A stretch of 44,807 bases of DNA from Bacteroidia bacterium (GTDB lineage Bacteria; Bacteroidota; Bacteroidia; UBA7662): NCBI GenBank assembly GCA_041688385.1, contig JBDNIH010000017.1:1-44807 (forward strand), given 5' to 3'. Below the pieces are notes generated by a model that did not search any database, was not told the DNA's origin, and saw only the letters and a list, made by a program, of their open reading frames with translations. The position numbers and the translations under genes are program-made. Shown in pieces: positions 29,910 through 37,869 of this stretch (positions are counted from its first letter, which is position 1; each line of letters opens with the position of its first letter).

Positions 29910-31237
29910 AATACAAACTGCTTTTATTGACGTTCCTACTGTTTTTCAATGATCAACTGGATGCGCAGCAACTATACTATTACAATGACATCGCTCCGCT
30001 ATTGTTACAGAAATGTGGCAGCTGTCATCGGGAGGGGGGTGGTGCACCCTTCGAATTGCTTGAATATCGGCACTACGCCAAACGTAAAAACTTCATAAAA
30101 GAAGTTGTTAGTAGTGGATATATGCCACCTTGGACTGCCGACAGCCACTACCGGTCTTTTGCAAATGAGAAAATACTCACTCCTAGTCAAAAAGACAGCA
30201 TAATTAGCTGGATTGAACAAGGTGCTAAGGCGGGTAAAGTAGTGGCTAAACCAGCGTTAATCGCTATGAATACAGAATTTGGGCTTGGCAAACCGGATAT
30301 AGAACTACGCATGCCAGAAGCCTATTACGTTCCAGGCAATAACAAACATCATTACATCTGTTATAAAATCCCCTATGAACTTCCTGGAGATGCCTATGTA
30401 AAGGCCATTGAATTTGTGCCGGGCAACCGCGCGCTTGTCCACCACGCCAGCTATCAGCTATTCGGTGTTTCAGCGGAAGTAGATCCCAAAAAAGGCCCCA
30501 ATTATTATGTATTCAGCCCCGATAGTGCGGCCAGCGTGGATGATGCCCGTGATTTTAGTTATTTCCAGCTTATTGACAGCTTAGGAAATTATCCCTTTCC
30601 GGTATTTCACAGTGGTTATCTGCCCGGCTCTGGTGTTCAGGAGTATCCTGCGGGTATTGGTTTTGCAATGCCACGACGGGGAGTGCTTATTATTCGCTCC
30701 CTTCACTATTCACCTACCCCATTGCCGGCAACCGATCAAAGTTCCGTACGCCTGTGGCTTTCCGACACCCCTATTGAACGCACGCTTGAATTTGCTGCAT
30801 TCAAGCCTCGCATTGCCGGCGATACCATTCCAGCCGATAGTACTAGAACCTACTACATTAACATACGTACGAAAGGAGATATGTCTCTTTTGCATATTAA
30901 TCCCCACATGCACCAATTGGGAAAATCTTTCAAAGCTTGGGCGCTCACGCCAACAGGAGATACCATTCCTCTAGTCTACATTCCACACTGGGATTTTAAT
31001 TGGCAAGCGTTTTATCGTTACAAAAAGATGCTGAAAATTCCTGGGGGCTCTATTATTCATGCCGAAGCAGTCTACGACAATAGCACTGCCAATCCTTCCA
31101 ATCCTAACCGGCCACCCAAACCCATGCGCATAGAAACGGGCAGTATGGACGATACAACTGAAATGATGCGGCTTGTTTTTCTGTATGTGCCGTACTTAAC
31201 AGGTGATGAAAATATCTCTTTGGAGACGCTCGATTAG
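29906..31237 (+). CDS. Exported c-type heme + type II copper monooxygenase (PHM/DBH-like) protein
   Basis: Signal peptide; CGSCH heme motif and MPPW; VHH, LHY, PHMH and EMM match the CuH/CuM ligand pattern; WDFNWQ; TTGA overlap with the redoxin. Confidence 0.82.
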   Translation: MKYKLLLLTFLLFFNDQLDAQQLYYYNDIAPLLLQKCGSCHREGGGAPFELLEYRHYAKRKNFIKEVVSSGYMPPWTADSHYRSFANEKILTPSQKDSIISWIEQGAKAGKVVAKPALIAMNTEFGLGKPDIELRMPEAYYVPGNNKHHYICYKIPYELPGDAYVKAIEFVPGNRALVHHASYQLFGVSAEVDPKKGPNYYVFSPDSAASVDDARDFSYFQLIDSLGNYPFPVFHSGYLPGSGVQEYPAGIGFAMPRRGVLIIRSLHYSPTPLPATDQSSVRLWLSDTPIERTLEFAAFKPRIAGDTIPADSTRTYYINIRTKGDMSLLHINPHMHQLGKSFKAWALTPTGDTIPLVYIPHWDFNWQAFYRYKKMLKIPGGSIIHAEAVYDNSTANPSNPNRPPKPMRIETGSMDDTTEMMRLVFLYVPYLTGDENISLETLD

Positions 31238-31325
31238 CGTGCTGTTGTCTTTTTTAATTGTTATGCTGTTTGCTTTTTAAGCGCACAGTAGGTCTTGGAA
31301 AACAAAAATATAACAACTACTCGGA

Positions 31326-33260
31326 TTAGTACACACCGCCGATTACCCTCTTGTTCAGTGCTTCTGAAGGGAAAGTTGGTAAGCTTAAGGGCCTTTCCGT
31401 CAATCCCGAAGTATCTGTGAGTGATTGCATAAAAGCAACCAAAGCCCTTTTCTCTACTTCATCTAAAATCAGTGAATCAAAAGGTAATGTCTGATAGGGC
31501 ACGTCTAAGCCCAAGCCAGCTCCGCCTCCTTTGTGGTAAAATTCAATAACATCTGCAAGCGTTTCAAAAGCTCCATTGTGCATATAAGGGGCAGTCAATA
31601 CAATGTTTCGAACAGTTACTGTTTTAAATGAATTTTGATATATCACACTACTTTCTTTTGGAACACCTCCTGCCCTTCCTATATCTGGATCAAGGGTATA
31701 TGGAGGAAAGGAAGTGGTCGGTACACCTAGTATTTCTGATTCCTGCTCCTGATACAGCGGCGGCACTATGCCTCCAAAACTAGGCGCAAAATGACAAGTT
31801 CCACAAACTGCTTTGCCCATAAACAGATTGAAACCTTGTTTAACTTCCGTAGCTATTTCCGCTTTCTCTCCCCTGACATATTGATCGAAAGGACTATTGA
31901 ATGACCTCAAGCTAACCACATAGGCAGAAAGCGCCGTATTAAGGGTATATGGACTAATCGGATCTTGATCAAAAACTGGAAATGTTTGGCGAAACAACGT
32001 TATATACTCTTGACTTTTATTAATTTTTTGTATCACCTCAAGCATGGTACTGTTGAATTCATCTTTATTTACCATGACGTGCTCGAACTGCGTTTCCAAT
32101 AAGTTCGTGCGCATATCCCAGAAAAAACGCGGTGAGTAAACCGCATTAAGTAACGTTGGCGCATTACGTTTAACGGTTGATTGCATACCAGTAGCCAAAC
32201 TTTTAGCTAGGCCATCTGTAAAGCCTTTTTCCGGCTGATGACAGGATGCACAGGCCCTATCATTAGTCGAAGACAAAACTGGGTCAAAAAAAAGCAGTTT
32301 ACCCAAGGCAATTCTATTCGAATCGTAATCTGCTTCCATCATTTGGGTGAAGTAAAATGGGTTGAGAAAATCGGCTGAAAACAAATTATTAGCTTGGTAA
32401 TTGACGGCCACTTTAGGCATAGTGCTTACACTGCGCTGAGGATATCCCAGTACCTGATGCATGGTTAGCAAATCGGCGAAAAGTGGATTTATACAGCTTT
32501 TCAAAAAAGTGAGTCGGTCAAAATTATCAAAGTCTGTTTCTTTAGCCAGTTGTTTGTTGCCAACACTCAAACTTTTCTCCAGTTGTTTCGCTAATACATC
32601 ATCCTGCTGTGTTAGAAGATTCATATACTCCTTGGTCACAGATGATATTCTACCAAAAGCGGCTTTGGATTCAGTAAGACTTTCACCGGAAGCAGGACAA
32701 TCAAAGCCTGTCAAGTCAAGGGTAAAAAGTCTTACTAAGCCAAATCGTAAGGCTTCAAGTATCAGCTGATCATCCAATTGTACATTTTTCTGAAAACGAT
32801 AAAAATCAAAAGCAGTTTTCTGAAGTTCACGTGCTAATTCTTTAGCAATAATTTGATTACTAATGGATTGTTCACTCCAAAGTACTTCTTCCAAAGGCTG
32901 AAACCCTTTTGGATTTAATACTTCTATTTGGGAATAATTACGTTCTAATTTTGGCAAGGGAGCACCGTTAATATAGTCCTTCACATACTCAGGATCTAAA
33001 TAATCGGCTAGGAAAGACGCCTTTTTATATGCCAATCGTGCCTGTAAGAAGAGTGATTGCAACTGGACGAAATTTCCGCCCTGATCGAGTGAATCTGCCA
33101 AGATTTGCAAGTGAGTTGCCATCTCCAACAAATCGCTGTGGTATTGCACACTTATTTTACCTGCGGGCGAGATATGATCGTCGTTACGCATGGAAAGTGC
33201 TGCAAAATAAATTAGCCCCAGCAGCAGCAGCAGTGTTTTGACATTCTTTTTATTGGTCAT
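31326..33260 (-). CDS. Diheme cytochrome c peroxidase/MauG-family protein with an N-terminal imelysin-like helical domain
   Basis: LGKLLFFDPVLS, CASCH, RNAPTLLN, FFWD, CGTCH, FKT.TVRN..LTAPYMHNG; N-terminal ARLAYKK and GFQPLEE; ATG 33260 gives a signal peptide, whereas the track's upstream start runs through the terminator. Confidence 0.88.
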   Translation of the reverse strand: MTNKKNVKTLLLLLGLIYFAALSMRNDDHISPAGKISVQYHSDLLEMATHLQILADSLDQGGNFVQLQSLFLQARLAYKKASFLADYLDPEYVKDYINGAPLPKLERNYSQIEVLNPKGFQPLEEVLWSEQSISNQIIAKELARELQKTAFDFYRFQKNVQLDDQLILEALRFGLVRLFTLDLTGFDCPASGESLTESKAAFGRISSVTKEYMNLLTQQDDVLAKQLEKSLSVGNKQLAKETDFDNFDRLTFLKSCINPLFADLLTMHQVLGYPQRSVSTMPKVAVNYQANNLFSADFLNPFYFTQMMEADYDSNRIALGKLLFFDPVLSSTNDRACASCHQPEKGFTDGLAKSLATGMQSTVKRNAPTLLNAVYSPRFFWDMRTNLLETQFEHVMVNKDEFNSTMLEVIQKINKSQEYITLFRQTFPVFDQDPISPYTLNTALSAYVVSLRSFNSPFDQYVRGEKAEIATEVKQGFNLFMGKAVCGTCHFAPSFGGIVPPLYQEQESEILGVPTTSFPPYTLDPDIGRAGGVPKESSVIYQNSFKTVTVRNIVLTAPYMHNGAFETLADVIEFYHKGGGAGLGLDVPYQTLPFDSLILDEVEKRALVAFMQSLTDTSGLTERPLSLPTFPSEALNKRVIGGVY

Positions 33261-33273
33261 TTTTAATGTATTA

Positions 33274-33304
33274 AATAAAAAGACCCGGCCTAAGCCAGGT
33301 CTTT
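33274..33304 (-). terminator. Intrinsic terminator/stabilising hairpin between phoX and the diheme gene
   Basis: Minus strand AAAGACCTGGC-TTAG-GCCGGGTCTTT followed by TTATTT (11-bp stem with one G-U pair). Confidence 0.78.
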
Positions 33305-33321
33305 CCTTCAAATGAAATAAA

Positions 33322-35163
33322 TTACTGAATGATCAGTTTTTGAGTTTGACCTTTGCCATTGGTAACGAAATAGGTACCTGCATTTAGATCATAAATATCA
33401 ATCACGGTCGCATTTTTGGAGACTTTCATCTGTTTGCCTTGCAAATCGCGAATAACAATGTCGCTGGCTTCATTAAAGTGAAGCTCACGGGAAGCAGGAT
33501 TCGGCCAAATCTGGAATTCGTTTCCAGTGAATTCCGGTCCATTCAACGAAGACGCCAAGGCATCCCAGCCGGAGATTGCCATAGTAAGTGAATTATTAAA
33601 AGGGAAGGTATTATTTGTACTTGGGTGCTGAATGTTGAACAAGAGTGTTTTAGCACCTGGAATCCAACGGGCACCAGTAACCTCCGAACCATTAGGGACC
33701 ACAGCAATACGCTTTAACTTGTTTAAAGTTGGATTTGGATCACTTATGTCATATAAAAACATCTCACAAGTAGAACTGCTGCTACCTGAAGGAACGCGTC
33801 CGAAGGACGTGCCATTCAAATCCTCTTGGATAACCATGAAAGTTTTGCCTTCGATTTCCATAAAGGTTAAACCATCAGGATTGGTTAAATGAACGCTTGG
33901 GTAGGCGGCTGGCTCACCTGCAGGTAGAAATGGACCCCCTTCGATGAATACATTCATCGTACTTGTAGTAGGATTAAAGACGTTTACACGGCCATAATAG
34001 TCTTTGAAGTTCCTTTTGAGGAAGAAGTTCTTCACTGAATCATCATTTTGGGCAGCAAGTTCAGGATGACGAACACGTACCGCCTGTACCCAATGGTTAT
34101 CAACTGTAGCACCGAGGTTGAAGGTTGACTGAAAGGCTGAACCGATATCATCCCGACCTGTCTCTGTGAAATATACCATACCGTTATGCTGTGCCACCCA
34201 TTCTGCGCGATTGAACATGGCTGCACCTCGTGCAAATGCAAGTGCTGACATACGATTTAATGAGTCAAGATTCGTATTCGGAAGCTGAACCCAACTACCA
34301 TCGGCTTTCCAAGCAAACAAATCACCAGAAGTGAAATCACCAGCGGTATTGGCTACAAATTTTACCCAAGGAGCAGGTGATTCGTCTATACCCAAATAAA
34401 CCGTTTTGTTGTCGGCCATTACTACTCCACCTTCAAAACCACCACGACCCCAGTTGTATTGCTTGCGGATGGCTTTGGCCAACTTTGGGTCAATTTCAGT
34501 CATGTAGTTCAGATTTTGAAAACGTTTGAGGGTTATTCCATTAAAGCCAGGGAAACCGGCAACGCCAGAAGTTCCAATAACAAAGTCAGAGGTATCGGTA
34601 ATACCAGCGCCATTCGCAAAAATACCTGCGTTTGAGTTCTGGAACCATTCTTCCGCTGTCCAAATACGACCATCAGGGGCGACAATACCACCGCAGTTCA
34701 TACCAGTCTGACCAGTTGCCGTAAAATCAACATTGAAAAATTTTCCACTGCGTCCGTCAGCAAGGGATTGGTTTACAACCAAAAGACTATCTCCACTTTT
34801 ACGGATTTTGAAAGAGGTCATACCACCACCATCGCCAATTTTGGGATTAGCAATTATCATTTCATGGTTAACAACCACCCAGCCGAGGTCTTGCGAACCT
34901 GCAGTATTATCGGTAGTAAAACCAATGAAATCATGCCACTGCTTTGCTAATGCGCTGCCATTTGGCTGACCGTTCTGGTTTACAGTTGCAACAGAATCAT
35001 GACCACCAATAAACAACACTTGGGTTTTTAAAGGTGAAGGGGGAACAATAACCGTAGTAGAATTGTAGTTTCCGATGGACGGAGGAACCGTTGGAATGTT
35101 TTGTGCCGATACGGTCGCTGAGACTGCGAAGAGGGCACTCATTAGTACATGTTTTTTCATCAT
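33322..35163 (-). CDS. phoX: PhoX-family (DUF839) alkaline phosphatase with T9SS C-terminal sorting domain
   Basis: NHE, NCGG...AEE, GRGGFEG, GIDE, NRAEW, NPDGL, IQED, EVTG, NIQHP; Sec signal from MMKKHVL (35163); C-terminal IWPNPA...DLQGK...GTYFV...KLIIQ. Confidence 0.85.
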   Translation of the reverse strand: MMKKHVLMSALFAVSATVSAQNIPTVPPSIGNYNSTTVIVPPSPLKTQVLFIGGHDSVATVNQNGQPNGSALAKQWHDFIGFTTDNTAGSQDLGWVVVNHEMIIANPKIGDGGGMTSFKIRKSGDSLLVVNQSLADGRSGKFFNVDFTATGQTGMNCGGIVAPDGRIWTAEEWFQNSNAGIFANGAGITDTSDFVIGTSGVAGFPGFNGITLKRFQNLNYMTEIDPKLAKAIRKQYNWGRGGFEGGVVMADNKTVYLGIDESPAPWVKFVANTAGDFTSGDLFAWKADGSWVQLPNTNLDSLNRMSALAFARGAAMFNRAEWVAQHNGMVYFTETGRDDIGSAFQSTFNLGATVDNHWVQAVRVRHPELAAQNDDSVKNFFLKRNFKDYYGRVNVFNPTTSTMNVFIEGGPFLPAGEPAAYPSVHLTNPDGLTFMEIEGKTFMVIQEDLNGTSFGRVPSGSSSSTCEMFLYDISDPNPTLNKLKRIAVVPNGSEVTGARWIPGAKTLLFNIQHPSTNNTFPFNNSLTMAISGWDALASSLNGPEFTGNEFQIWPNPASRELHFNEASDIVIRDLQGKQMKVSKNATVIDIYDLNAGTYFVTNGKGQTQKLIIQ

Positions 35164-35186
35164 TGTTTGTCGATTTATGACTGATA

Positions 35187-35297
35187 CAAAAATCCGAATG
35201 CATTTCTGCTCTCTTTTTAAGCTATCCTTATGCTTTTGTGACCAATCGACAACCATTCCATTACCACAGTATGAAAACGAATTATCAAAATATTAAG
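35187..35297 (-). promoter_or_regulatory. Putative activator-dependent phoX promoter: degenerate -7 box plus an 11-bp periodic (Pho-box-like) repeat array
   Basis: GATTTTTG at 35194-35187; + strand pentamers at 35217 TTAAG, 35228 TTATG, 35239 TGACC, 35250 CAACC, 35261 TTACC, 35272 TGAAA, 35282 TTATC, 35293 TTAAG. Confidence 0.5.
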
Positions 35298-35370
35298 AAC
35301 CAATTCCTCTAGAAATCCTTTTATACCTTATTGACTCGTAACAGGCCTTTTGCTGCTTCATATATAATTT

Positions 35371-36630
35371 ATGCTTAATACATTGGTGCTTCTGCTCCTT
35401 TTTTTCGGAATTGACCTCTATGCTTTCCGACTACTCTTCAGGTGGAAACGTTTTAGAAAGCCTTCCAAAACGTTGGTTCGCTGGTATTGGTTAGCTGCTA
35501 TTTTAGTCTACCTGTTTGTGATTATTCTCAATCTCTATGGTTACAATAATGCCGATCCAGGCCTGCGCAATCTGGCAGTTGGTTATAGTGGCTTATTGTT
35601 TTTTACCAAATTGGTGACACTGCCGTTTTTATTAATTGACGATGTACTTGGTTTTTTTCATTGGCTTTGGAGGAAAGCCACGGGTTACACAGAGAAAAAA
35701 CGTATTGTAAGCGACCCCTCCAGAAGTATCAGTCGGTCAGAGTTTTTAACTCGTATGGCCGTGGTTACAGCTGGTTTGCCCTTCTTATCAATGGGTTACG
35801 GCATGATCAAGGGTGCTTATAACTACCAGGTACGCAACATTCGACTCAAATTCCCCAATTTACCTTCTGCTTTTCATGGAACACGTATTGTGCAGCTGAG
35901 CGATATCCACTCCGGTTCTTTTGCCGATCGTTCAGCGGTAGAAAGAGGTATACAGCTTGTAATCGACCAAAAACCCGACTATATATTTTTTACAGGCGAC
36001 TTAGTCAATAATAGCACGGCTGAAGTGCTACCTTGGATGAAGGTTTTTTCTCAGCTACAAGCACCTGGAGGAACCTATTCGATTCTAGGTAACCATGATT
36101 ATGGCGATTATAATACTTGGCCAACGGACGAAGCTAAAAAACAAAATCTTACACAAATGCACCAGGCGCATGCAGCCATGGGCTGGCGTTTGCTGCTTAA
36201 TGAAGGCACAATCCTTGAAAAAGATGGGCAAACCATCGGCTTGTTAGGTGTTGAAAACTGGGGTGCGAGAGGTCGATTTTCGCAATACGGTCAACTCGAT
36301 AAAGCCGTAGCGGAAATAGAGGCACAACCTTTCAACATCCTCCTCTCCCACGATCCTACCCATTTCGAAATGGAGGTGCAGGGAAAACAACCACAAATTG
36401 ACCTCACCCTTTCGGGCCATACCCACGGCATGCAGTTCGGTGTAGAAATTCCAGGTTACATTAAATGGAGTCCGGCGTCTTGGATTTACCCTTTTTGGGC
36501 TGGTTTATATCGTTTTGGAAAGCAATATTTATACGTCAACCGTGGATTTGGCTTTATTGGTTATCCTGGTCGTGTTGGAATTTTACCCGAAATCACAGTA
36601 ATAACTATAGAAAAAGAGGGATTGGCCTAA
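35371..36630 (+). CDS. Membrane-anchored calcineurin-like metallophosphoesterase (YkuE/YaeI-like)
   Basis: N-terminal TMs, SRSEFL Tat-like motif, LSDIH, TGDLVN, LGNHDY, LLSHDP, LSGHTHG.Q, YVNRGFG, PEIT. Confidence 0.92.
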   Translation: MLNTLVLLLLFFGIDLYAFRLLFRWKRFRKPSKTLVRWYWLAAILVYLFVIILNLYGYNNADPGLRNLAVGYSGLLFFTKLVTLPFLLIDDVLGFFHWLWRKATGYTEKKRIVSDPSRSISRSEFLTRMAVVTAGLPFLSMGYGMIKGAYNYQVRNIRLKFPNLPSAFHGTRIVQLSDIHSGSFADRSAVERGIQLVIDQKPDYIFFTGDLVNNSTAEVLPWMKVFSQLQAPGGTYSILGNHDYGDYNTWPTDEAKKQNLTQMHQAHAAMGWRLLLNEGTILEKDGQTIGLLGVENWGARGRFSQYGQLDKAVAEIEAQPFNILLSHDPTHFEMEVQGKQPQIDLTLSGHTHGMQFGVEIPGYIKWSPASWIYPFWAGLYRFGKQYLYVNRGFGFIGYPGRVGILPEITVITIEKEGLA

Positions 36631-37868
36631 GCTAAAATTCCGAGTTTACTAAGTAGAAATACCACGCTAAACAAACTTAAAAAAAGGAGTCCGCACCAGC
36701 CCAATAGTTGTAAAAAACGTTTGGGGCGGTAGTTTTCCGGAAAATTTTTATTTCGCACTAATCGAAAATTCCACCAACCCAACACCGGAGCGGTCAAAAA
36801 ACTAAGGGAAGTAGCCAAATCTACGAGCTGCAGCATATTATCGGGCCAGAAATGTAATAGAAACAAAGTCCCGCCTAAAAAAACAGCTAAGGCAAGCCAA
36901 TAGTATAGCGGGTTGTGGTGTTTTTCTCCTCGCATTAAACGAACACTTTCTTGTAATACCCGAGGATAGCCATCGATAACCGTGAGCAAAGTGCTGAACA
37001 TTGTTGCAAAGATGCTAATGGCCACTACTGTGTATGCCCACGGTCCTAGCAACTGCACATAAATACTCAAAAAACCAGCTGCAAAGGCCGCAGCTTGTGC
37101 GGGCAGCGTGGTGGAGGTGCCGAATACAACCACTCCTCCGATAAAAACGAATACAATCGCTAGGAACGTGCTCAGCCAATAACCTAGGTTAAAGTCAAAC
37201 TGAACAGCTTTCCAGCTACTGATGCCGGCTGCTGCCCGTTTTTCGAGCGTCCACAAGGATTGCCAAACCGAAGAATCTACTGGTGTAGGCATCCAACCAG
37301 CAAAGGCAATTAGAAACAATAATCCAGGCAGGTCCCAGCTAAAACTTGCCCCTGCCGCCCTTTGGAGCAGCGGCAGCTGGGTAAATGCAGCGGTTGCGGC
37401 AACCAATGTAGTGATGGTTAGAAGCAACATGATGCCGCGAATAAGGTTATCGAGTAGTTTAAACCTACCAAAAACAAGCACCACAGCACACGAGGTCAGG
37501 GCAAGCATATGAATCAAAAACGGTGGCCAATCGGGCTGTAGTAATTCACTGATGATACCCGTAAAAACTGAACTGATGGCAGCCAAAATTGGAAACATAG
37601 TAAATAAAGTGAGCAGCACAAAAGCCGGCAGCACCCAACGACCAAGTTTTTTGTAACCAGCTAGAAGTGATTGTCCTGTAGCTACAGTGTAGCGGGAGCC
37701 AAATTCAAAAAAAGGATATTTTAAAACATTCACCAGCAATACAAAGCCCAATAAGGCAAAGCCATACAATGCACCTGCCCGAGTAGATTGCACAATGTGA
37801 GAAACACCGACAGCTGCACCAGCATACAACAAGCCGGGTCCTAGCGCCTTTTTCCAATCAGATTGCAT
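36627..37868 (-). CDS. NRAMP-related (APC superfamily) transporter
   Basis: About 11 TM segments; LGPGLLYAGAAVGVSH..QSTRAGA.YG, KYPFFEFG.RY; lacks the canonical DPGN motif. Confidence 0.8.
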   Translation of the reverse strand: MQSDWKKALGPGLLYAGAAVGVSHIVQSTRAGALYGFALLGFVLLVNVLKYPFFEFGSRYTVATGQSLLAGYKKLGRWVLPAFVLLTLFTMFPILAAISSVFTGIISELLQPDWPPFLIHMLALTSCAVVLVFGRFKLLDNLIRGIMLLLTITTLVAATAAFTQLPLLQRAAGASFSWDLPGLLFLIAFAGWMPTPVDSSVWQSLWTLEKRAAAGISSWKAVQFDFNLGYWLSTFLAIVFVFIGGVVVFGTSTTLPAQAAAFAAGFLSIYVQLLGPWAYTVVAISIFATMFSTLLTVIDGYPRVLQESVRLMRGEKHHNPLYYWLALAVFLGGTLFLLHFWPDNMLQLVDLATSLSFLTAPVLGWWNFRLVRNKNFPENYRPKRFLQLLGWCGLLFLSLFSVVFLLSKLGILA

Positions 37869-37869
37869 T

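Noticed and set aside
35164-35256. Upstream extension of phoX (and 33261-33311 of the diheme gene)
   Set aside because: These run through promoter or terminator sequence; the downstream ATGs give proper signal peptides
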